NCBI RefSeq assembly: GCF_009914755.1
Contig: NC_060928.1
DNA length: 64,000 nt
From: the human T2T-CHM13v2.0 reference genome, Homo sapiens
Strand: one strand, 5' to 3'
Below, piece by piece: positions 13,051 through 27,248 of the stretch; within the stretch, counting starts at the first letter, position 1; the number at the start of each line of letters is the position of its first letter. Below the pieces are notes generated by a model. It searched no databases and had not been told where the DNA came from. It saw only the letters and a list, made by a program, of their open reading frames with translations. The position numbers and the translations under genes were made by a program.

Positions 13051-14965
13051 GTCATCTTCATGAATATAAGGTGAGACTAGTGCAGAAATTCTGGCCTAAA
13101 TGTCTAAGGAAAAGTATAATTTTTAATCAAAGCAAAAAAATCTCAATTTAGTCACCATAAAAAGTTTTCCAATTCACTTAAGAAATTTTTCCTCTTAATT
13201 TTGTCAAAGATCAGTCTGAGTATTTCTCAGTCTCTCTTAAGAGTGCTGAGTCATGATTATTACCCCTGCCTGTTAGAGGTAAATTTTAGAGGGTTAGTTA
13301 CTGAACCTACTGGGCTTTCACTTTATAAAAAGGGAGGTAAATTTTTTAAATACCCCACTATTTCCAAACCTCATACTGTACTCTCTGGCATAAAAATCTC
13401 TGTGGCATAATTTATGCTGAAATGCTTTCTAAGTTTATTCATTCCAACAATATGGTAAATTCTACTCACAGGAAATAATTCTCAGTCATGAGCTTTTGAG
13501 GTCGTGGGTATTTGTACCAGAGACTGATATAAAATTTCTCAAAACAGAAATAACATTAGTTCAAAGCCACATGGCATATTACATATCATTTATCAATGTC
13601 ATTAGAGATAATATTCAAAATTAATTAACAAAGGATTTTGTAGTTCAAAAAAATTAGGATATTTTATATAAATCCCAGGAATTCTTATAGCCAGTCCTGC
13701 TTCTGAGTTCTTCACATATCATGAGTTTTCATTCATTGCTAACTAATTAACACTTCACTTCACACCTTACTGCATTTTCCATTTATCCATTGGTTTCTGG
13801 GCAGTGACTCAAGTAAGCTATGAGAAAGAGGTATCACTGACATTTAGAAAGAAAAAAAATTGAGATTTATAGCTGCATTGTGATTTCATAGACACCACCC
13901 ACCTGCCATCACCAGGAATGATTTCTTCTCCCTCATCTTTTCCATAGTCACACATAGTCACACATCAGTCACACATCAGATGCCTATTATCACTTTTTTT
14001 TGAAACTTTAGAGTGTGTTAAAGCTGGCGAGAAAGGTGAGGGGCATTATATCAGTTCCCATTTTATGGGACTTAAATACATTGTGGTTTTTTTCATTTTA
14101 AGATACCTTACATGTTTATATGCAAAGGGATCTGTCTCTGTTTTGTGGCATACTTTGGTCACATGTGTGAGTATTTGATAATGAGTTCTTGCTGCCAGAG
14201 CTCTAATTATAGCATGTTCCTATGGAAAGAGAGAATTCACCACTCTGTTCACATGGTGCCATTTCAGCCACTGCCTCTTTCTCTTTTGTTGACCCTTTGA
14301 TTGACTAACTGATTAAAAGACTAGTCTATAAGCTCTAACAGAAAACAAATAATTCCAATTGCTAGTATCATAAATATTATTTCATATTTTCCATTTAAAA
14401 ATCCCTTCAAGATCCATTCACCAATTAATACATCATTGAATTTACATTTCTGATCTACTATGGGTGCTCCATGTAATTTTGACCTGTGCTTTACATCATA
14501 AACCTTTCCTCCTTTTGATTCATTCAAGTAGAAAGTAGTCTAGATGATGGATAAAAGAGAACTCTCTAGAGTCAGATTATCCAGGCTTCAGTCCACACTG
14601 GTACCTGTGTGATTTTGGGGAGTCAACTTAAAGTCTGCAAACCTTGTCTGTAATATAGAGAATAATAATAGTACATATGTCTGAATGTCATTGTGAGGTT
14701 GAACACACTAATTCGTGTAAGATGTTTAGCACACAACTCCTGACAAATAGGAAAAATTCAATTAGATTAGTTTTTACTAAATGTATCATATGTCAGAAAC
14801 ATACTTTATCCAGGCTGCATAGTATTTAGAGTGCATTGATTCTCAATTCTTCTATTCCATGTTATTTAACCTCTCTGAGACTCAGTTTCTGTTTTTAAAA
14901 AGATAATTTCCACCTCCGGGGGGCGGTTCATAAAGAACTTCTAACACATCTCTGACACTGCATTA

Positions 14966-15170
14966 GGCCGAGGTGGGCAGATCACGAGGTCAGGAGATAG
15001 AGACCATCCTGGCTAACACGGTGAAACCCCATCTCTACTAAAAATACAAAAAATTAGCCAGGTGTGGTGGTGGGCGCTTATAGTCCCAGCTACTCTGGAG
15101 GCTGAGGCAGGAGAATGGCATGAACCCAGGAGGCAGAGAGACTCTGTCTCAAAAAAAAAAAAAAAAAAAT
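14966..15170 (+). mobile_element. Partial AluY-type element (5'-truncated, deletion in right arm)
   Basis: GGCCGAGGTGGGCAGATCACGAGGTCAGGAGAT ... GGAGAATGGCATGAACCCAGGAGGCAGAG joined directly to AGACTCTGTCTC and poly(A). Confidence 0.9.
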
Positions 15171-15185
15171 TACATAATTACTATC

Positions 15186-15580
15186 TGCATTAGTTTGGAG
15201 GCCACCAAAACAAAATACCACAGAGTGAATGACTTAAACAACAGAAATTTATTTTCTCTTAGTTTTGGAGGCGAGAAGTCCAAGATCAAGATGTCAGCAG
15301 GTTTAGTTTCTTCTGAGGCCTCTCTCCTTGGCTTGCAGATGGCCGCGTTCTCACTATATCCTCACATGGTTTTTCCTCAGTGTGCATCCCTGAGGTCTCT
15401 CAGTGTGTACTATTCTCTTCTTATAAGAACACCAGTCAGATTGAATTTGAGCCTGCCCTAAGGGCCTCATTTTAAACTTAATTATCTCTTTAAAGGCCCT
15501 ATCTTCAAACATAGTCACATTCTGAGGTCTTGGAAGTTAAGGCTTCAGCATTTTTAGGTGACACACATTGGCCCTTAGCA
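15186..15580 (-). mobile_element. MLT1 (MaLR) LTR
   Basis: TGCATTAGTTT ... ACAAAATACCACAGA ... CTTAAACAACAGAAATTTATT ... GTCACATTCTGAGG. Confidence 0.85.
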
Positions 15581-15912
15581 CTACACTTCAGCTTTCTTGT
15601 TCCTTTTCATTTCACATAATCCAACTACCTTGAAAAATGCATCTAAAGAAATAGGTATTTCAATGCTCTAGGTACCATAACCTGAAGAAGTGTAGAAGTT
15701 TGTATATAAATACTTCCTTTTCCCTTCAATACACTGTTAACTTTTCTTACCTTTCCCCTGCTTCATTTGTAGGTACTGAATTTTCCAGATAGTGATTCCA
15801 AAAATACATCCACTTTAATAAAATGTCATTACAATAAAAATTACATATCAAGAGTATTTATTTTAAAATATCTTAATATTTTAAAATGTTAAATATTTTA
15901 AAAATTAAAATA

Positions 15913-17729
15913 CTCCATTTGTGAATTTTGGCTTTTGTTGCAAATGCTTTTGGTGTTTTAGTCATGAAGTCTTTGCCCATGCCTATATCCTGAATAGTAT
16001 CCTAGGTTTTCTTCTGGGGTTTTTATGGTTTTAGGTTTTACATTTAAGTCTTTAATCCACCTTGAGTTAACTTTTGTATAAAGTGTAAGGAATGAGTCCA
16101 GTTACTGTTTTCTGCACACGGTTAACCAGTTTTCCCAGCACCATTTATTAAATAGGGGATCCTTTCCCCATTGCTTGTTTTTGTCAGGTTTGTCGAAGAT
16201 CAGATGGTTGTAGATGTGTGGTGTTATTTCTGAGGCCTCCGTTCCATTCTATTGGTCTATATATCTGTTTTGGTACCAGTACCATGCTGTTTTGGTTACT
16301 GTAGCCTTGTAGTATAGTTTAAAGTCAGGTAGCATGATGCCTCCAGCTTCATTCTTTTTGCTTAGGATTGTCTTGGCTATACAGACTCTTTTTTGGTTCC
16401 ATATGAAATATTTTAAATTTTTTCTAATTCTGTGAAAAAAGTCAATAGTAGCTTGATGGGAATAGCATTGAGTCCACAAATTACTTTGGGCAGTATGGCC
16501 ATTTTCATGCTATTGATTCTTCCTATCCATGAGCATGGAATGTTTTTCCATTTGTTTGTGTCCTCTCTTATTTCCTTGAGCAGTGGTTTGTAGTTCTCCT
16601 TGAAGAGGTCCTTCACATTTCTTGTAAGTTGTATTCCTACATATTTTATTCTCTTTGTAGCAATTGTGAAAGGGAGTTCACTCATAATTTGGCTCTCTGC
16701 TTGTCTATTATTGGTTTATAGAAAGAAAGAGCTTCTTCAAACAAAAGAAACTATCATCAGAGTGAACAGGCAATCTACAGAATGGGAGAAAATTTTGGCA
16801 ATCTATCCATCTGACAAAGCTCTAATATCCAGAATTCACAAGGAACTTAAACAAATTTGCAAGAAAAAAAAAAAAACCCATCGAAATGTGGGCAAAGGAT
16901 ATGAAGAGATACTTCTCAAAAGAAGACATTCATGCAGTCAACAAACATGAAAACAAGCTCATCATCACTGGTCATTAGAGAAATGCAAACCAAAACCACA
17001 GTGAGATACCATCTCATGCGTGTTAGAATGGCAATTATTAAAAAGTCAGGAAACAACAGATGTTGGCGAGGCTGTGGAGAAATAGGAATGCTTTTACACT
17101 GTTGGTGGGAGTGTAAATTAGTTCAACCATTGTGGAAGACAGTGTGGTGATTCCTCAAGGATCTAGAACCAGAAATACCATTTCACCCAGCGATCCTATT
17201 ACTGGGAATATACCCAAAGAATTATAAATCATTGTATTATAAAGACACATGCACATGTATGTTTATTGCAGCACTATTTACAATAGCAAAGACTTGGAAC
17301 CAACCCAAATGCCCATCAATGATAGACTGAATAAAGAAAGTGTGGCACATATATACACCATGGAATACTATGCAGCCATAAAAAAGAATAAGTTCATGTC
17401 CTTTGCAGGGCTATGGATGAAGTTGGAAACCATCATCCTCAGCAAACTAACACAGGAACAGAAAACCAAACACTGCATGTTCTTACTCATAAGTGGGATT
17501 TGAACAGTGAGAACACATGGACACAGGGAGGGGAACATCACACACTGGGTCCTGTCAGGGGGTTGGGGGGAAGGGGAGAGAGAGCATTAGGGCAAATACC
17601 TAATGCATGCATGACTTAAAACCTAGATGACAGGATTGTAGGTGCAGCAAACCACCATGGCACATGTATACCTATGTAACAAACCTACATGTTCTGCACA
17701 TGTATTCCAGAACTTAAAGTAAAATTTTT
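15913..17729 (+). mobile_element. 5'-inverted (twin-primed) L1, L1PA7/8-like: ~15913-16724 inverted, ~16726-17729 forward
   Basis: ORF2 fragments on the minus strand (16249-16685) then on the plus strand (16726-17503); TSD AAAAATTAAAATA at 15900-15912 and 17730-17742. Confidence 0.92.
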
Positions 17730-17744
17730 AAAAATTAAAATATT

Positions 17745-17880
17745 TTAAAATGTTATTAAAATATTTAATAATTTAAATATTTAAATTTAAATAAAATATT
17801 TAATAGTTTGAATATTTAAATTTAAATAAAATATTTAATAATTTAAATATTTAAACTTAAAATATTTTAAAATATTGTAT
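17745..17880. repeat. AT-rich ~35-bp tandem repeat with internal palindromes
   Basis: AAAATATTTAATAATTTAAATATTTAAATTTAAAT present in nearly three copies. Confidence 0.8.
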
Positions 17881-18424
17881 TTCATTTATTTTAAAATACG
17901 TAATATTTTAAAACATAGAACAATGAGTTTTATGAGAAAATTAATAATGTGAAAAAGAATCAGAATACTGTGAGGTAAGAAAAAAAATCTTAACTAACGT
18001 AAGAGGAAAAAATCTTTAACCAAAATTGATAACATTAACTTGCAAAAAGCAACTTTGGCAAACATCATAGCTTGCCTATCCAACAGTCATTCGCTCTTCC
18101 TTTGTGCCAGTAGTAACCAAATTGTGCCCATCCTTTTGCAAGAAGACATTGGCCAAAGGGGAGCTTGAGGCTCTCCAGACCCTGTAGAAGAATCACGATT
18201 GACCTCAGTCATTCCATTCCCCTTTGCCAGGGATTGGCTTAGGTGCAGCTCAGTGAATCATAAGGAGAGTCTTCAAAGAGCTCTGGAAACGGAATACAGG
18301 AAAGGGATAGTTTTTTCCAAATCTCAGGATATTAGGATATGATTCTTGGGGCTTCTGCAGCCATCTTGTCCTTCAAAACAAATTCCTTTTTTCCTGAGAC
18401 TATGAATGAATGAAAAAAAGGAAG

Positions 18425-18870
18425 TATGGTAAAATATGCTACCCCAAAATATGCTACCTTGGCATAAGGATTCTTTTGCACTAAAGGCACTTGAGAAACA
18501 GATGATACAAGAGACACTCTGACCTCCCCTTTTCTCCTAGTATCAGCAAAAAAGAAACATTCTTGTCACCAGAGATGGGGAGTTGAGGCAGAGAAAAATC
18601 TATATAAACAATTTGTTTAAAATAATTCTTATCTTCCTTAGCTTCTCCATGCATTTTCGTTACTTTTCCGTAACTTTCACACTTTCTTCACCCTACTATG
18701 TAAGCATATAGACTTAGACACTTCTTTGAGTCTTGTTTTTCCTGTAGGGGCTCCCAGTTATATGCAAAATCTATATGCTTTTCTCCTGTTAATCTATCTT
18801 ATGCCAGTTTAATTCTCAGGCCCAGCTGGTGACACTAAGAGGGTAGAAATAAAATTTTGTCTCCCTTGCA
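18425..18870 (+). mobile_element. ERV1-class solo LTR (MER34-like)
   Basis: AATATGCTACCCCAAAATATGCTACCTTGGCATAAGGATT start; TATATGCTTTTCTCCTGTTAATCT near the end. Confidence 0.6.
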
Positions 18871-18908
18871 AGAATAAAGGTTCTAAAACCAAATACTAAC
18901 TGTTCCTA

Positions 18909-19375
18909 ATGTTATCAAAATGCCAGGGGTTTGGTGTAGGTCCTGCTGCTCACCACACAGAGAGCCAGTCACCGAGACAACCGCTATTGCCAGAGAAGAA
19001 GGCTTTAATTGGGTGCTATAGCCAAAGATATGGGAGATCAGTGTCAAATCCATCTTTTTGACTGGCTAAAATTAGGGGTTTATATAGCAGGGAAGAAATG
19101 TAACTACCTGTGGGAAAACAGGAACTCGAGAAGAGTAAGGAAGTAATCATGATTAATGAGGGACCTAGAGTTTCATTGTCTGGATGCCATGATCTAATGA
19201 GTTTCAGTTCTTCGATACTTTTTGGGAGGCCTAGAGGTCCTTTCCTAAGGAAGAAACTCAGATAAACAAATGTAAATTTCAAGCTTTAAGACCAAAAGTG
19301 TCCATTTCTGTGTGCGTGTGTTGCTGTTGTTGTTGTTTAAAAAAAAACTACTTACGGGACTATTGGGTCAGTTTA
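18909..19375 (-). mobile_element. ERV1-class MER4-group solo LTR
   Basis: CCAGGGGTTTGGTGTAGGTCCTGCTGCTC ... GAAGAAGGCTTTAATT ... TTAGGGGTTTATATAGCAGGG. Confidence 0.65.
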
Positions 19376-22295
19376 CTAATACAGAAAATAATTTAAAGAA
19401 CTGCTAAATAACAAACAGCATACATTACTTTGACAGTCAACTAGATGAAGGTCAAGGACAAATTACTGGGGGACACTTATAATTCCAGACCAGAATTCTT
19501 GAAGATTCAATAAAGAAAATGTTTATATTAGTGGGAAAGACAAGTTTTTCTCAGTTCTTTTAAAAAACATTATTTTTCAAAATTAATCTTTTGTTTTGTT
19601 TAATGGTATTTTACATTACACAAATACACTGAACTTGAAAAATTGACTGCTTAAACAAAGAGGATCTAGCAGTAAGCCACTACCTATGGGCACAGGCAAA
19701 ACCGGCAGAAAGGATAGCTCTGCTATTGTCAGCATTTGACGTCACCTCTTGAGAATGAAAACCCTAAAGATATTGTGAAAAGAACAATTATGAGAGCAGT
19801 GTTCTCCCTTTGGTCTATATCAGTGACACTGGAGTATTTTTAAAATATCAATCAATCTAAGTTTTGTATAGTCAGAAATGTCAACCCTTTATACTGCCCT
19901 CTCTCTTTCATTTTTGTGGTACCATAATTACCTGTCTATGTAGTTAAGGGGTGGGAGAGTTATACATCATCATGCCTTATGAAAATTGCCAAGTCAGATG
20001 ACACTACAAGATACTCAGCATCCAACCAGGAAACTCTAGGTTCCATGAGAATGGAAATTGGGTCTGCTTTGTTCAGCTCTCTATCTTCATTGCCTGTGGA
20101 GCTTAATAAATATTTGCTAAATGAATGCATGAATGACTGGGAACTAAAAAGATAACAGTGTATACTAGGTTCCACCCCCCCCCACCCCTGATTACTATAC
20201 ATAACTATTTATTATCCTTCATGGTACAATATGATTTTTGCCTGCTCCAAGATGATTCAGAACCAATAATTACCATTAAATTTCCAATTCAATATCTAGA
20301 TTTTATTTATAATCACTTTTAATCTTCCAGTATTTCAAAATTTTTCATGTGTCTCCTATAATCACCTTGTATGACCTTATCTACCTGTGATGTGCCATCA
20401 TTTCACAACAGACCACTTTAACTGCATTCAGTAAGTAAAACTATGGCTCTTCACAACTCCTAAGAAAGAAGAATTTACCCCCATTTTGTTTTTAAGGAGG
20501 TAGGAACAGAAGATGTGACAAAACAGGCCAGAAAAAAAAAATTGATCATGTTGACTATGCACTGTAATCCAGTAATCACACAAATCTAAGTGGCAAGATG
20601 ATCACAGTCTTTTGGTGACAGGCCTCATTATCTTAAAGAGCAATTTAGCAGGAGTGAGCAATTCATCTTGTTCAGTGAATGGAAAATGTTGGAGTTTAAG
20701 AGTTGTCATTTTTATACCATCTGTAGACTTGCATGCAGAGAAAAAAAACTCATGAAGTTTAAATCTAGGTAATAATTTATTTGTGGTAGACACATCATTA
20801 TGTAAGCACATAAAGTTTTAATTTGAACAAGTTAACCCTCCCTTGCTGGACCAATATCCCTATTCTCTTTTGAGGGAATGTGGTAAGGAACAAGGAGTGG
20901 TGGAGATGGTGGTGAAGGGTGAGGAAGTTTCTGCTCCGCTCTCGCTTCCTGCACTGACTCTAAAAAGTGAGTCAGATTGTCTCTGGGAGCAAAGAAATTT
21001 ACCTTAAAAAAGTATGGAAGATTGCTCATCTTGGAAAAAGCCAAAATGTTTTTGGCTAGATTATAGGCTTAGAAACAACTAGAATACCCAACTCTTCACA
21101 GAAGGCTGAGTAATGATTTCTGCCTTTCCAAATCTCTGTGGAAGCCTCTTGGGCTAGTATAAAGGGTAAATAAATGAGTGTTCCTAGAAACAGCAGTAAA
21201 GGAACAAGAAATAGTTAAATCTTCTACATGGTAATTCAGTGCTTTTAATATACTTACACCCAATATTCTCATTTTCAACTTTTAAAGAAACATGAATTAA
21301 TACTTGACAGCAAGATTAGAAATACAAATTAGCCTGAAAAATGTAAGAGAATTAGTGTGGTGTGAAAGACAGCAGTACAAATTCTGGAGTCAGACACATC
21401 TGAGTCCAAAACCCAGACCCTCCATTTCTAACTGTGCCAACTGGACAAGCTATTTAACTTCTCTAAGCCTCAGTGTCCCTGTCATTAGAAGAGATAAGAA
21501 TGTTTATTTCATAGCATTGATTTAAAGATTATATGAGATTATTTATGTAAAGCACTTCCCAGAGTGCCTGAAGTTACTAAACATTCAAGAAATAGTACCT
21601 ATTATTATGCTACTAATAATAATGATCTATATTCACATCTCACAAATAAGTGCTGTTAACATTTTAGCATGTAGTCTTTCATTTTGTTTTCTCTAAGTAT
21701 ATTTGCATGTATTTTTAATACAATAAAGTGATTGTACTATGCATAATGTCTGTAGCTTTTTTTAAGCAGTTAATAATATATTGTGACCATCTTGACAATA
21801 AAGAAAGTGTCATAATCAATTGGCAATGGCTACACTGTCATCTTTTTTATGCCTTTACAATAATGTATTTTACTGATCCCCTTATAGCTGACCATTTAGG
21901 ATGTGCGTACATTTTTTTCTATGATAAACAACGCCTCCCACAGTAAGGGAGGAACAATGGAATGAAAAACTCTGCACATAAACACTTTGATATAAATTCT
22001 CATTTGGTTAAATTCCTGCAAGTGAAATCACTGGGTTAAACAAAGTATATGTGCACTTTTTTTTAGATTTCTTGACACATTTTGACAAATTCCCTTCCAG
22101 AAAAGACTCCCACAGAGAAGTTGTGAGATTCTCTTTTACAGGAACTTTATCCACATTGGGTATTAGAATTTCCCTGTCAAAGAGGAAAAAAAAAAAAAGT
22201 TGCCAAAGTGCTTCATTGCTGTCATTGTGAAATGAAAGCACATTAAAGGATCATTGAAATCTAATTGCTGTTTTCCAGTTGAAGTTTATTCTAGA

Positions 22296-22680
22296 GCAGG
22301 AGTCCACAAACTATGGCCCATTGGTCAAATCTCCCCTGCCATCTGGTTTTGTACGTCTTACAAGTTCAGAATTGTTTTTACAGATGAACATTTGCAATAT
22401 ATTTGATCATCGGAAACACTAATTTGTACCCCAATTAATTAATATGTTATTTTTAAAATAAGAATTCAATTTTTCTCATTAGCTAGCCTGTAGTACAAAA
22501 TCTTGAACTCGATGATTATGATTTACTTTAAATTTTGTCAAAGAATGTTATGAAAATTTGTTTTCTCCCTTGTTATAATAAGTATCTACGTAATATTCTC
22601 GATTTTGCATCTTGACCTACAAAGGCTAAAACATTTACATCTGTTTACAGAAAAACACAATTTGCCAAACCCTCTTCAAA
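22296..22680. mobile_element. MER58-like hAT-Charlie element
   Basis: CAGGAGTCCACAAACTATGGCCC start; TTTACAGAAAAA ... TTTGCCAAACCCT end. Confidence 0.6.
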
Positions 22681-24202
22681 AGTATTAATTAAAAACATAA
22701 AAATTTTAAAATATTTTAAAGTATTTCACCTAAGATACTAGAGTAACAAACTTACAAGGATCGCCCTTTATTCCACATCTCAGTGATTTTCAAACCTGAA
22801 GTTCTCAGTTTCCCCAGAGATAATTTTGGGAGAAAAATGAGGGCAAACAAAAGTCAACAAATCTTCACACTTCAACCATTTTTATTGCCTCTTGTTTTAG
22901 ATTTGGGTTCCAAATAAGATTTCATGTAAATAATTTGCCCCACAATTTTAGAAAGTGTCTGAAAACTGCTTGCTAATGTGTAACAGGGCATTGCTTAGGC
23001 CAGGGCTTCTTCTACATGTCTTCAACCAGTGCCTGTCAATAGTAGAGTTCACAATAGTTACCAGCCCACCTGCTTTCAAATCAAACTGACCTACTTTTTT
23101 AAGGGTCATAGTTCTAACAGATGAAACATGGCTAAAGACCAATTTTAATAAATCTAAATTGGTATAGGTAATGTTTTCGTCTTTCAAGAGAAATATAACC
23201 TTGATTCATACAAACTATTTCACACTTAAAATGGTTGAACAAGTATTTCCACAGTAAGGGAGGAACACTAGAATCTGAAAGGAACAAATAAGCATAGAAC
23301 CAAAAACGTAAGCCTTACTTTCCTTTGTTTTTCTGAGCCATTTATTCAGGTTGTCAGAGCAAACTTAAAATGAAGCTATCCCTTGACTCTGTAGCCATGT
23401 AATGAAATGGTTAGGAGCAAAAAAATAAACACAGAAATAGGACTTGGTTGTTTTTCCATTAACTGTGGCTTTCTTGATGATTGTGCATTTCCAGAAGGTT
23501 AAACATAATTGCCTCTTCTCCCTTCCTGAAGCTCGTTTAGATACATCCTGACACATTCCCACACACATAGCTCTTCTAACCTAAGGTTCAGTTTGGCAGG
23601 GAAATTCTTTCAAATCAGCAGGAAAGAAAATAGTCTGTTATTTACTGGGTATATGCTATTCAAAATCAACAAAATAATAGATCAATTCCATAACAGAAAC
23701 TTTGGACACTAGAATTAAAATTTCTAGAAACAGTTAATACTAAAATTATTCTCATTCTGGAATCAGGTAGCTCAAGACAATGAGAATATAATCAATAGAA
23801 TTACTGAAAGAGTAATAGTGATGACAGCAATAGCTAACATTTGGGTGCTTGCTGTGTAGCAAGGCCAGTAAGTCATGAGGATCAAACTGGCTTTCAATAG
23901 TTATAACACTCATTTATTATCAACCAAGCCCTCTTCTAATTCCATGATATGTATTCACTGCCTCAGGTCAATGGCACCTATGAGGTAGGCACCATTATTA
24001 CCCACATTTTATAGATGAAGCTTAGTGGACTGCCATGCTCAAGGAGCTGGTTCAGTACACAGTGGACCTGGGACTTGACCTAGGGCTCTTGGTCACAGAG
24101 CCACTTCTCCCTCTCAAACCTGCCTGATGATGGAATGTGGGAATATTCTAGCAGGATAATCTCTATTCAACCATCATGGAAATAGTGAATAACACGGTTT
24201 TA

Positions 24203-25967
<1,765 letters not shown>

Positions 25968-25970
25968 TTT

Positions 25971-25988
25971 TGGTGACCCAGATGGGAC
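25971..25988 (+). other. Primer binding site, tRNA-Arg type
   Basis: TGGTGACCCAGATGGGAC is complementary (one CpG-type mismatch) to the recalled tRNA-Arg(CCG) 3' end GTCCCATCTGGGTCGCCA. Confidence 0.8.
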
Positions 25989-27248
25989 TATTGCTTATCA
26001 GCAAGCAGTAAGACTATCGCCTATCGCCAAGCAGTGAGTACCATCGGACACCTTTCACTTGCTATTCTGTCCTATTTTTCCTTAGAATTCTGGGGCTAAA
26101 TACCAGGCACCTGTCAGCCAGTTAAAAGCAACTAGCGTGGCCGCTGGACTAAAGACATGGGTGTCAGGCTTTCTGGAAAAGGGCTCTCTAACAACCCCCA
26201 ACTCTTTGGAGTTGGGGGCGTTGGTTTGCCTGGAACCAGCTTCCACTTTTCCTGTGCTTCTGGGCTGAGCCGAGGGTCGACAGAGAGGAAAGCCATTCAG
26301 CTCTGGGGTCCCAACAAGTTGGTTGACCCTGAGGCCATGAGTGGAACTCTCAAAGGCATGTTGCCCAAGCGAGACGTGCCCATCTATTCTCTCTATCCTG
26401 ACCCTTGTCCCCTGGGTCCTAAAGTCTGCCAGACAAACTTCCTCTCGCCCCTCTTCTCCAAGGCTAGTCTTGCTTCTAAAAATCGCTCCCTGTCTCTGGT
26501 GCTTTTCTAATTTCTCCTATAAGAATAATTTCTGGTATAAACTCCAGGACTCTGTTATGTAATTTAGGCACCTGGGCTCGCCAATCAGAAAGACATAATT
26601 TTTGCCCAAAGCCCTGATGTAGGGGGTACTATCTGGAATTTTAAGATCCCTCCTCAGACAAGCAGGCCTAACAAAAACTATTCCTGAAGCTAGGATATGG
26701 GGAGCCTCAGAAATTGTATCCTCCTATTCATATAAGTGAGGACAAAACGTGTCACTCTTCCAACCCTGGATATCCCTTCCCTCCCTCAGGGTATGGCCCT
26801 CCACTTCATTTTTGGTGCATGACATCTTTACAGGACATGGGTAAGGTCCCAATACTAACAGGAGAATGCTTAGGACTCTAACAGATTTTCAAGAATGCGT
26901 TGGTAAGAGCCACTAACTCGGATTTTTCTCAGTCCTCTTTGTGGTCTAGGAGGGCAGGCAAGGGTGCATGTTTTTGACAATGCATTGGTAAGGGCCACTA
27001 AATCCGACCTTCCTTGGTTCTCCTTGTGGTCTGGGAGGAAAACTAGCGTTTCTGCTGCTGCGTCGGTGAGCACAACTATTCCGATCAGCAGGGTCCAGGT
27101 ATCATTGCAGGTTCCTGGCAGGGGTTGTTTCTGCTGCTACATCAGTGAGCACAACTGTTCTAATCAGCAGGGTCCAGGGACTGTCACGGGTTCTTGGGCA
27201 AGGGGAGAAACAAAACAAACCAAAACTGCGGATGGTTTTGTCTTTCAG

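Noticed and set aside
13946-13978. AGTCACACAT in three copies (and small duplications at 56374-56460)
   Set aside because: Ordinary slippage microduplications
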